A DNA stretch of 64,000 bases, taken from the NCBI GenBank assembly GCA_051294375.1, contig CM119265.1:20680221-20744220 (forward strand), in the 5' to 3' direction. Both the position numbers and the translations under genes were made by a program. The notes beneath the pieces are model-generated. The model was not told the DNA's origin, ran no database searches, and saw nothing but the letters and a program-made list of their open reading frames with translations. Shown piece after piece: positions 1 to 30,290 of the stretch. The stretch is from Paraspadella gotoi (Eukaryota > Animalia > Chaetognatha). Every line of letters begins with the position of its first letter. Position 1 is the stretch's first letter.

Positions 1-280
1 TTGAGAGGGGGCGTTTAAAAAATTTACAAATACATGCGACAAAATCACGATAATTTGGAGTATATTAAATAGTTCAATGGCATTGCTGATTTATTAAACA
101 AAGTTGTCAACTCACGTCAAATCCGGCTCGAAAAACTATCTCTAGGGTCGCTTTTTAAATGGTAGTGAAGAGAAAGCTTGAGAAGGGGGAGAAGGAGGAG
201 AGACACCTCGCGGAGCGAAAATTAATAAAGATTCCTCTCGTGATACTCGTACACCCTTTCATATTGTCCATTTTCTCCAG

Positions 281-3200
281 GCATCGCGACGGCCTTTCGC
301 CGCCTCAAAGTCCTCAGCCTCGTCCAACCGTTCGTGGTGAAACCCGCAGAGGTGGAACGGCTCCGTCCGTCGCTGGGGACGACGCTGACGCTCAGCTGCA
401 GGGCCAAGTTTCCCAAGACCGTTAAGGATAGGTGAGAGACGGTGGTGAGGTGGGTGGGAGGAGGTGGGGGTGAATTAGAAGACGAGGAATAAGTGTTAAA
501 AAAGTCAATACTCAGTTATGGCAAAAGGAAAAGATAATAAATTATAAAGAGAGTGAAAACGAAACCTCTCTTTACACATACATTACATTTCATCCTCGCA
601 AAATATTACAAAAAGAAAATAAGCTGTCACAATTTGTTTTAATTTCAATTTACATGACTCGTTAACATTCAAAATAGTTCAACGTATACAAAATTTGAAA
701 TACATCGACATTCGAAAGGTTTATAATTAAATTGTTATTAAATCCTGGCGTTAAATTAAATTTTGCGTCTTCGTCGCTGCTCTCGTCAAATTCCACGTCG
801 TCGTCACACCTCATTGTCGTCGTCAACAACTTCGTCCACCTCAGCAAACGTTCAACTTTTCGCATATCATCACGACGTCGGCCAGATTCGCGGCGCCTTC
901 CGCCTTCATCGCCTCCTCCAATTTCGGCGCGAATTCGCGGCAAGCGGCGACCCTCGGCGCCGGTTGACTCTCGAAGGCGGCGGCGCAGGAAGAGACGGCG
1001 TCGTTGCCTAGCAACAACCCTAGGCCTACGTAGCGACAGGCCCCGCAATCGACGCCCGTCTGCGGCGCCTGTGTAGGCGGCGAACGCCTGACGAGGGTCT
1101 CGTCGACTTTGAACATTTGGAAGGATTGGGCAGATTGGCGGATCGGGGTCATCGGGACGGAATCGGTCGTCGCCGGGCAAGCGCCGATCGTCGTGCAGAC
1201 ATGAGGGTCGGACAGGAGCTGGACGAAAATTGTGGAGAAAACGGAAGCAAATAATTTCAAATCAGATTCCGTACTTTATGTGATATGAGAATCAAACCTA
1301 AGCATTCATTTGTAGACGATTCGTTAATTATCAATTTTTTACTTAGGAAAAAAATTACTTAATAAAATTGAATTACTGGATTGCGTTTATGAAATTAAAA
1401 AGGAAAATATATACAAAAAGTCATTCAAATTTTTTATAAGCATTGAACATTGTTTATTGAATATTGCATATATGATTTCTTGGGTTTTTTTATTATTAAG
1501 AGGGAAAAAAATATTTCATTTTTCTCCTTCTACGATTCTTTCCCGTATTCCTCTTCTTTCTTCACCTCAAACAACTCGTGAATCAATGACCGGTAAAAAT
1601 GGTCGCACAGCTTCTTGGTGGGACAATCCGCGCAAGCTTCGGCCACGATCCTATCCGCGAACGCCTTCTCGTTCTCTGGCGTCAAAAACGTGCGGAGAAT
1701 GACGTCCAGGAATCGGCACACCTGGCAGGGGACGTTGGAGTCTCCGAGGTGAAGAGGTCGGGAGTCGCCGCAGATTCGAAGCTGAGTGTAAAAAGATAAA
1801 TTGATTAGCACCTGTCTCGATAAAAGAAGCCGACAACAACGACGACAACAACGATAATAAGCAACCTGTTCGCAAGCCTCTTCGGCGTCATGAATCTTTC
1901 CATGCTGAAGAGAGTACCGACGGTCATCTGCAGAAACTTGCTGCAATCGGTTTGCTTTTTTGTGGGCATTTTACCACAAAGATTCTTTGTTGAGCGAATC
2001 CATGATCATCTTCTGATTTTGTGGCGTCGCGAAAGGCTTCAACTTGGTGGCGGCGGCTTCGCAGACGGTGCATTGCAGGTTCCCTTTCTTCCTCAGCGAA
2101 ATCTCCCTGCCGCGGGAAACTGCAGAGTCGCAAAGTTCGATGAGCTCGCAGAGTTGAAGGGCCGACGAGGAGTTGATGATCCCGAAAACTTCGTTGACGA
2201 CCTCTACGATCGTCGTATCGCAGATCTGCTTCAGCGACTGCGGCAGTTCCGCGCAAACGTCGTTCTGCAGCAGCTCGATCGTCGACTTTCTCTCGTCGTC
2301 GGTGGCGAAGTTCTTCAGGTACATCATCAAAACTTGACACAATTGACACTCGACGGGATCCCCGGACGGCGCTGTCGGCGACGTCGCCGCCGTGGCCAGC
2401 AGCCGCAGCCCGTCGCAGAGCCGCAGCTCGTCGCAGACTTTCTTGGGATTCACGTGGACGCACTCGTCGATCTTGCGGAAGATCTCGTCGACGACGGGGC
2501 CGACGATGAGCTTGCAGAGTTGAACCTCGACCTCATTGGGGAGAGCCTGGCAGGAATGAGCCAGGATGGCCTTGACCTCCTCTTGCGTCTCCGGACTTTT
2601 TGCCACAGCGACCGTCGCGTTGACGAGTTCGATGCAGAGATCGCAAGATGAATTGGCGACCACGTTGGACTTCGTCGACTCCGAAATCGGCGACGCCGCC
2701 TTGGGAGCAGAATGGCGACAATACTCGGCGGCGTTGCATAATTCTGCGTTGGCGGCGCTGGAGCACCAGAAGGACGGACCGATTAGGCAGGAGGAGGCGT
2801 CATCGGCGCCGTGGACCGCCAGTGACGCTAGCGACGCCACAGCGGCGAGGAGAAGCGAAAGTCGCATTTTTTTTCCTTTCGTTTGAAGTAACGAAGACAA
2901 AAGCGAATTTATGATTGAAGTATATATAGAAGAGGTTTACTTTCTAAACTTCCGAATTTAATTTTAAAATTCAGAGAGAGAAAAAAAAGGATCCGCCTCT
3001 TTCGGTCGAAAGATTAAGAAATATCACGAAATCGGGTCACGGATCGACTCACGATTGTGGATCACGGGGTCCAATTATCACGGGATTTCTTCTTCACTAT
3101 CTCTCTTCTATCACAGGATGATGGTTCAAGTGTTTCAATGAGTGCGGATTCGGTTTAAAGTCTGACGATCTTTACGCTTGATAAAATAACAAATGATGAA

Positions 3201-6200
3201 ATTGAAATTATTGAATCCATTAAGAAATAGGCTGTTTGCGAAATACCATTATTCATAACTCTTTGATTCGTTACATTCCAGGTCAATCCAGTGGGAATTG
3301 AACGGGCGACCGATTGCTGTGACGGAACCTCGAATCAAGATTCGCGACGAGGAATACAGCAACAACTTTGGAGAAGAGGTTACGGTTATATCAGTACTCA
3401 GGTCATTGTTTATTATAATTTTTATTATACATAATGCATGTAAAACATCCTTTAATCTTTTTTTTCATTATCAATATCATCTTACTAAACGGTTCTCGAT
3501 GCTCTTTTTTTTTCAGTTTAACCATGACTGGCAAAGACGGCGGGACTTACAGCTGTAGAGCTGGCGGTTCAACAAATGACATCGCAATCGTAAACGAAGG
3601 TAAAGAAAAAAAATTGGCTCAAAAGTTTTCAATATCCCTACCCTAGTTCATTTGTACTCAAATTAATAATTTATAGACAGATGCTGTGTTATTTTTCGGC
3701 ATGTTGAAATTTAATTAGACATATATAGGTTGCTCTTCAAGTACTCAATGAATAACCATCTTTCTTTCGTCGATTTACGTTTAATACAAACTTTGACCCT
3801 TCAACTACTTAATTCGGCCTTTGGGTCGATCCCTCGTTTTAAGTGAACTCTATCTCTGGGTGCGCGCCCAACCCGTGCATGCACGCGGGTCGCTGCGTGT
3901 ACCGGCCCGGAGATGGCGCATTTGCATGCGTTTGCGCCTCCGGGTTCGAGGGGCGCGTTTGCGAAACCAGGACAGGTGACGGTCGGCATCTTTTCTTCGC
4001 CGGACGAAATAGTGATTTTAGACGAAACGTAGTTTCAACTTTCTTTTTACCGTTCGCCTATTTCTTTGTCCTTTCCTTTTTTTTTTCTTTGCAAATTTGA
4101 AAACATTGAAAATTATAAATATTTTTAAAACTTTTTTAAATTCAAATTATTATTAAGATTATGCCAGAATCACAAAAAAAATTGTCAATGATTGATAACT
4201 ATTTGCCTTCTCGCTTTCATTTTTTTTCCTAAACATCTTTATCAAGTCATAACAAACTTATAAACTGGAAAAATTTTAGCCTAGAATTCATTGTATCATC
4301 CATGAAAAAGATTGACAAAATTTTCAACTTTTTCGTAACAATGTCTTAAACCCATCTTCACCGAGTCGATCTTAAAACATTGTTTCTAAAATGCAGAGAG
4401 AAAATATAATAAAATACTAAACAAGAATGAGAAAGAGCACTCGTTAGTCGTCAGGTCTCCACTCGTTTCTTAACTCCTCCTTCCGCCACATATTCCGACC
4501 CCATTTCTCCACCCCCAACCCNNNNNNNNNNNNNCCCCGCCGCTATCGTCGCTCCCCCACGCATCGTCAATCCCACGACGTCCGATCACGCGCGTTCCAC
4601 CGGCGGCGTCGCCATCTTGGAATGCCGCGTTATGATCGGCGGCGTCGGCGGCACCGCTACCGACGACGTGATCACGTGGAGTCGACAGGACGGTCTTCCT
4701 CTCGACGAAAAGAGAGCGACGTCTTTGGAGGACGGGAGGATGAAAATCACGGTGAGGAGACGTGTGAATGGAGTGAATTGGAGGGAGGGTGATGCGTATG
4801 ATCACCGGTAATTGTGACTTATATGAGATCAATGGAATCTCTTAATCGGAATTTTCAGTAACAATTAACAATTTAAGAAACTTATTGTAAATAAATATTT
4901 CAAAAATAAGAAAGCGCAAAAAAAAACTGACCCAAATGAAACAAAAACGCAGCTTTTTCCTCACCCAGAACCTCCGCCGCAGCGACAAAGGAATTTACGT
5001 TTGCCAAGTCAGCAACCGGATGGGGACGACCTCGGCGAAGCGGCGTCTTTTTGTCATGGCGCCGACCTTGATCGCCAACGCCGGCTCATCCGCCTCCATG
5101 ACGATCGGCGGAGTCTCATCCGGTTCCTTAGCTTTTTTTGATTAATTAATTAATTCTATTTAAATATTACTAAACTATTCTTTTCATCAGGCACGAACTC
5201 GGCTTCCATGTCGCAAACGCAGCGGCTCAACGCCGGTCAAAATCTCAGCCTAAAATGCGAAGTTTATTTCGATAAGGATAGTACAAAAAAGATCGTCATT
5301 TGGAAGAAAGGAGAAGTCATTCTCAGCAGGGGAGGTGCGTGAGAGAAAGAGAGAGAGAGAGAGAGATAGAGAGAGAAAGAGATATTGCCCAAGATTGACA
5401 GCCCACTCTAATCGATCCAAACTTTCCCAAGGTCGATACACAATCTCTGAATCTTCCATCCGCTCGCCCAACGCGTTGGACATGACGAAGATGACCTCGC
5501 ACCTGCTCGTTCCCGCCGTAGAAGTGGGAGATGCCGGCCATTACACCTGCAACGCCGTCTCCGATCACGATCAGAACAGCGCCAGCATCGCCAGCGTTGA
5601 GGGTGAGGAAAGACGCGCCCGTTTTAGTTTAGGATTTCGTCAGGCGATAACTTTTTTTTTTGCACTGAATTTATATTAAACTGGATTTATATTAACCAAT
5701 CTGTTCTTGCACACTTACAATAATATATCAATATGGGTTGTCTATGTAGCTTGTTGAAAAAAAAAACAAACTATTCACGTCGTTCACAATTACCCCAGTT
5801 TATTTCGGACCAAGCAGGAGCCAATCAAATCAATACCCGAACGGTCGAAATTTCACGTCTTGTTTTTTCAGTTTTTATCGGACGGAGGTCGACGATTCGA
5901 ATACCAGTTCTGCCCATAGAAAAACCCTCCTCAGAACCATGTAATTTGTGGCACAGTAAAAAAAAAAGTATTATAAGCCGGTTTGATCGAATAGTAGAAA
6001 CGATAAGAAACCGTGCTGCTTAGCGCTACCCGTAGACGAATATAGCAAGCATGCTGCATAGTGCTATATAAAGAACAAAAATTGGCAAAATCGATTCAGA
6101 CGGGAGGGTTCGACGCTGCGGCTCTCGAGAAACATCTATAAATAGTAACCAACACTACTCAGCTACAGCGTGTATTTAAAAAAAGACGCTGCGGGCGAAT

Positions 6201-6537
6201 GTCATTATCACTAGCAAATTTATAAGCTAGAAATGCACTGCCAAGTAAAAACAGAGCGTAAAATGGATTTTTCGAAGTATTTTTCTCAAAGTTAAGCCTT
6301 CAGAACGAATTCTTTTAGTTGTTTTAGTAAATTTCGATCCTCCCTTTACTCGCGACCGCCCTGATCTACAGTGGTGACGGGTCCAAAGTCCACCATCTGG
6401 GTTCCGTCGACGACGACGCCCTTTGGATTCCCGCCATCGGTGACGCCGCCCAAGCGAGTCGTCTTCATGCCAAAAGGCACCGCGGGACACTCAGCTGTGT
6501 GGCCACGGGATTGCCAAGACCGAGGTGAGGGAGTCGG

Positions 6538-6611
<74 letters not shown>

Positions 6612-9053
6612 CTCTCACTGTCCACTTTCCTCTTCCTCCCAGCGTTACCTGGCAAAAGACCCGCCCCGTCTGCTGGTCCACACAGACGTGTCCCTTCGTC
6701 GCCGCCGAGAATCCCGTCGCCATAACGTCCGGTTTCGGCGTCCAAGTCGATAGCGCCGAAGGGAACGTAATTTTCAGGGTGCGTTCACTCCCAACCCGCG
6801 GGAAATCTGGCTCGACAATTGATAATAATATGATAAATGAGAAATTGAGGATAATTTTAGCCTGCGTTTTGTTGCTTAATTTGATTGTTTTGGTTCATTC
6901 GGAATAATGAAAGTTTTAAAAATAACAAACCATTTTTTTTATTATAAGTTTTCTACAAATCTAAACAGAATCTTTCTTCCGAGCCTTGTTCTTTGGTGTC
7001 ATTAATATTCACTATTATCAAATTTTCAGGAACTTGAGTTTGAGAATTCGGCTCGTTACCAATGCATCGCTTCGAACGGGCGCGGAGAATCCAAAGCTAC
7101 GAGAGAGCTTTGGGTCTATCGTAAGTTTTTTTTTCGTGGTCATTTTGATCGGTTTGTTTTAAACAAGAATCGTCTTCTTTTTTTCAGGTCCGACCGAAGT
7201 TTTGCTTCCAACTTCAGCGAAACGAACGACGATTCTTCGTGGCGGCGAAATTCATTTGCAATGCAGGTAGATGGCGTTCGTTAGTTCCATAAGGTGTAGT
7301 AATGTAATGAACAATGTAAAGTTGCCATCTTCCCAATGCTCCCCATCTTACAGCTTCAAAGTCGATTCCTACGCCAGCTTCAAAAAGATCCGTTGGTTCA
7401 AAGACGGAAGGGAAGTCGTCTCAGACGGACGAGGTAAGTTCGTGCTCGAAGATCAACCTCATCTCTCTCTTCACTACTTTCCCTCCCTCTCCCAGTGAGC
7501 ATCACTCCCGCCACCTCCGCCGACGTCTCTCCACGCACAGTGGAATTGACGTCGTCTCTCGATTCCACGGGCGTCGACTTCGCCGACGCCGGAAGCTACG
7601 AGTGTCGCGTGGAAGTCGTTTGGGAGAACGGACTCTTCCAGAGGGAAAGAACCGTCGGAGTCGCCGTCATCGAGGGTTCGTTCGTGGGAGGTTAAGGGGC
7701 AGTTAAGTTTTCGTTTTTGTTTTCCGAAATAAAACGTCTGACGGATTTTAATTTTTTTTCAGTCGGTTTCTCCGCCACGACTTCGAATCCAGGAGCCAAT
7801 TCGCCGCCGATGATCTTCAACATGTCCGCCATTACCGTTAGGTTAGACGATTTAAAATATTTTACTTCATATTTTTTGTTTTGAACGTAGGTTAGAGTTT
7901 GATGGTAGGAGTTAAACATTAAGACTCTGGCGACCCGACTTTCCAAAAGACTAAAAATTTTTTTATATTTACGTTAAAAGTGATTGGGTTTTATCGATTA
8001 TTTAATTAACGATTGATTAATCAAAATTGGTTGACGTAATTTCTTACATCCTTGTTTTTAGAGTCGTTGAAGGCAGCGACGCGACGCTTCAATGTCGGGC
8101 TAGAGGCACGCCCATGCCCTCTGTCTCGTGGGAAAAGAAAGACACGGTTGGTTTCATGGTCTCCGGAAGATTTAGGTGAGTACTAGGTCTGTATATAACG
8201 TTATGAATATGTAATTGCACATTATAATATCCATGAGATTTGTGAATATTTTTAATTTAACGCTATTTTGTTTTTTTTTTTATTACAGCAAAATGCCGAC
8301 AGGATCGCTTCTGATTCGCTCGACGCAAACAAGTGACGCGGGGTCTTACATCTGCTATGCGAAAAATACAGCCGGAGAGATCTCGGCCCTTCGACATTTG
8401 GAAGTTTACAGTACGTCTTCTTTGAGGAATAATGAATATTTAAAATCTAATATGGTTAATTAATATCAGTATAAATATTATTTTTAGAGCCTACCCTAAT
8501 CGTATCCCCGGCTCAACTGCAAAAACTGAACGAATCAGAGTCGACCGAAGTTATTTGCGTCGTCAAATTTGACGTCAAAATGAAGACAAATGAAATCTTT
8601 TGGTTCCTCAATGAAACGCAAATGAACATTGATATCAGTGAGTAAAAATTGTTTTCACAAAATATCTTTTATTGTTGAGAATGGAAAGAAAAATTAAAAC
8701 GTAAATTTAAAATCTTGCGAAATAGTTTTAAAAAATCTAGAGGTGGCATCCGAAAAATATTTATAGGGTAAAATATTATGATATTATGATAGTATGATAG
8801 TATCATTCAATTTACCTTCTCTCTCTCTGTCCCAATCCCACTACCAACTTTTCCCCCATGTTCTCTCGCTCGGCGTCCCTTTTCTCAGATCGCATGTCGG
8901 TAAGTCAGTCGCCCGGACCGACGGACTCCGTTTACCGACTCGTCGAGTACCGACTTCGTATCGCCGACCTGAAACCGACCGACAGCGGGCGCTACTCTTG
9001 CGAGGCCAGGACCGACCTGGACGTCATCAGGAAGCTGCAGGCCGTAGTCCAGG
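281..9053 (+). CDS. Multi-exon Ig-superfamily gene (5' end outside window, 3' end uncertain): end of one Ig + Ig + EGF + 3 further Ig-Ig pairs
   Basis: Phase-consistent GT-AG exons: 281-431 (GIATAFRRLKV...TLSCRAKFPK), 3282-3401 (SIQWELNG), 3517-3599 (DGGTYSCRA), 3844-3975 (EGF CAPNPCMHAGRCVY...CVCASGFEGRVCE), ~4535-4751, ~4969-5122 (DKGIYVCQVSN), ~5191-5334, ~5432-5602 (DAGHYTCNA), ~6372-6525, ~6643-6778, ~7031-7119 (SARYQCIASN), further short exons at 7.19-8.64 kb, and ~8889-9053 (DSGRYSCEARTDLDV). Canonical Ig C...W...DxGxYxC motifs. One single-base frameshift near 6487 (a missing G restores LSCVATGLPRP). Confidence 0.85.
841..2867 (-). CDS. PSAP-like: Prosaposin-like precursor (signal peptide, SapA, five SapB domains; ~531 aa), 3 exons: 2867-1866, 1781-1566, 1218-841
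   Basis: Signal peptide MRLSLLLAAVASLASLAVHG; SapA CLIGPSFWCSSAANAELCNAAEYC; SapB CxxC...C...C...C...C units starting CDLC, CQLC, CTVC, CQVC, CGAC. All three exon lengths are multiples of 3 with GT-AG borders. Exon 1 has a compensating +1/-1 frameshift pair (~1985 and ~1880) that creates an apparent TAA at 1971-1973. Confidence 0.88.
3024..3082 (-). promoter_or_regulatory. Cluster of five TCACG motifs upstream of the prosaposin-like gene; TATA-like TATATATA at 2921-2928
   Basis: TCACG (+ strand) at 3024, 3037, 3049, 3062 and 3078, about 160-215 bp upstream of the ATG at 2867. Confidence 0.4.
6541..6615. repeat. (CT)n microsatellite filling most of a short intron of the Ig gene
   Basis: CT dinucleotide run between the GTGAG donor (~6526) and the CCCAG acceptor (~6642). 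Confidence 0.95.
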
Positions 9054-9364
9054 GTAAGTTCTTTCTCTATTTGGACGACGTTTGACGTCAGATTTTGTCG
9101 CCATCTATCGAGAAAATTCTTTCACAATTGAATTCTTGCGAATTAAATTATAAAATAAAAAACAAAATAAAAATCAGTAATTCTACATTTTTTTTCGATC
9201 AATGGCCTTTTTATTTCAACCACTAGCGCCCCAAATCCTTTGTCTACCGTGCATTCCCCTTCTTTCTTGTTTATTCTTCAAATGTCATTTCGGCCCCGAA
9301 AATTAATCCTTTCGTGCGATCGAGAAATATCGGGGGTGATCGAGATGTGGAGGCGGTGTGGTCA

Positions 9365-9492
9365 CAGGCGAGGGGGCGCCCGGGAGTGTGCTGCCGGGGG
9401 TGAGGGAGTGTGCGGTAAGGGTGATCGAGTGTGCTGCGGGGGCGAGGGAGTATGCGGTTGAAAAAAGGGATGTGTGGGTGAGGGGGAGTATG
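9365..9492. repeat. Degenerate G-rich minisatellite (~19-20 bp unit, GGGTGAGGGAGTGTGC-like)
   Basis: Repeated gggagtgtgc / gagtgtgctgc / gagggagtatg units. Confidence 0.55.
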
Positions 9493-10014
9493 GTCTTCAG
9501 ATTTAATGTGTAATAAAGAGGAAGAAGTTCTTTTTTAGTTCGCCTTTCTATTTAGAGAGAAAAACAAAGTTTCTTTGTTGGTTAGCCGTTAGTAGTTTTC
9601 TTGTATTATTTTTGCTGTCACTATCACAGATTAATTTTATCATCTAAACTTACAAAAAATAAGAAAATATATCGTACAATTTTTTTTGGTAAACATTAAC
9701 CTAAACTTTTCGATCCCTGTTACTTCGAGGAGCGTCAAAACTAATTGTTTTTTTAAAATAATTATTGTGAACTTTTGTTGCAAGGATGTTATTCCTCTTT
9801 CGGGGGTGCTACATTCTTTGGTCTTGTCATCATTGGGACCGAAGAAAAGTAAAAAAAAAGGTTGTAGCAGAATTTAGATTTCAACGTAGTTTGCTGAAAC
9901 TTAAAACTTAAAATTCTAACTCACAAAAAAAAAGATGGGTGAAGATAAAAACGAAGTTTGTGAAATTCGAAGAACAAACTGAGCAAATAGTGAAATATCG
10001 CAGAGGGTAAGTTG

Positions 10015-10017
<3 letters not shown>

Positions 10018-10108
<91 letters not shown>
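10018..10108. repeat. (GA)n microsatellite
   Basis: Pure GA run of about 90 bp. Confidence 0.97.
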
Positions 10109-10109
<1 letters not shown>

Positions 10110-10419
10110 GGTATACAGATGATTGTTATTACCATTAAAATGCTTTTCAGCGAAACCTGTACCAAAATATCAAGAGGAAAAACTCCTATTACTCAAAAAA
10201 TATGAATTTTTTTTTCTCCCAATTCTTTGTCGGATAAGTTAAGCCTCCTGACTTTTTTTCGTTCTTGGCTCAGACCTCTGCTTATTCGTGTACCTTTCAC
10301 TCTTACTCTCCCTTCTCTTGTCGCTCCCTCTCTCACCCACATACTTCCTGCCATCTCTGGCCGATACCCTCCCGCGGCTAAACAAGCTCTCTCTCTCTCN
10401 NNNNNNNNNNNNNNNNNNN

Positions 10420-10451
<32 letters not shown>

Positions 10452-11152
10452 TTCTTTTCTTCTTTTCAAGTGTCAACTACTAAACTGAATAAATATTCTT
10501 AAACTTCAAAAAAGTTAGAAAATTACGCTGTAGCAGGTGGTGAGCCGAAAGACGGACTTTTAATAAAGATTTTTTTTTTTGATCCCGCTCTTAATTTTCT
10601 AGGCTGAGTCAACACTGTTGTCGTCGATGTCGTCGTCCTCATCTTCATCATCTTCTTTTTATCTTCATCATCGTCTCCTCGTCATCATCATCGTTATCCT
10701 TAACGTCATCGTAATCGTCACCGGGATTAACATCGTCTTTGTCATCATCATCGACGTCGTCATCGTCATTGTCGTCGTCGTCATCGTCGTCGTCGTCATC
10801 AGCGTTTTCCAAGAAAGATTCTCAAGAAGAAAGGAGCTTGGGGGGGAACCGCAGCCAAAGGGGATCGGTGGGGGAGACAAAGGGGGGGGACAGAAAAGCC
10901 GGGGACCCGAACCCGTGAAAGTCTTTTGTAGTGAGAAAATCGTGAAAAAAAAACTCCGGGTGGATGACGTCACAGCTTAAAAGGGAAGATGAGTTTGTGA
11001 GAGAAAAGTCGTTCGACTTACCCCCGAAGGAAAAAAAAATTTGGAAAAAGATCGAAGAGATTAACAGCGTTAATCTTTTTAACAGAAAGAAGTCATTCTA
11101 GTTAGGGGAGGGCCTAATTATTGCCAACGACTGAATTTTTTTTTTATCGGAA

Positions 11153-11158
11153 TTTATT
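11153..11158 (-). terminator. Candidate polyadenylation signal of hemicentin
   Basis: AATAAA on the minus strand about 450 bp downstream of the stop codon at 11611. Confidence 0.4.
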
Positions 11159-11610
11159 AACATCAACAACATAATATAAATGTACATCTAAAAATGTTCA
11201 ATACAATTGGGCCAATCACATCAGCTTTTGTAAATGCTGGGAGTTTTTTAAAAAGTTTTTTCATGATATTTTGGTCAAAATAAGGTCACTTTTTTTTTCA
11301 AAGGGGTGCTTTTTATGAACAGTCATGGAACAGGTGCAATCATAAGTAGGAATGGAATTGATTTTTTATAAAACAGCTAGGACATTTGTAATGATATTTT
11401 CTTATAGATTCACAAAAAAAACTGTATAAATAGTAAACGACATTTTTTTTTGCGTAAATTTTTTTCAGCTAATAACCTAACGGTAATCTATAACTATAAA
11501 AAATGTTTATGAAACTCTGAACAAAAAAAATCGAACAAGAAAGCATTTACAGAAATAAAACAAACAATTTTACGCTCATTATGAACATGCAAAGAGATAC
11601 ACAAATTAAT

Positions 11611-30290
<18,680 letters not shown>

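Noticed and set aside
1890-2886. Plus-strand ORFs of 253 and 106 aa
   Set aside because: Antisense shadows of the GC-rich saposin exon; no motifs.
10618-10980. ORF with a long Val/Ile stretch resembling a transmembrane exon for the Ig gene
   Set aside because: Derived from (GTC/ATC)n repeats; the acceptor in the required phase 1 gives an immediate stop.
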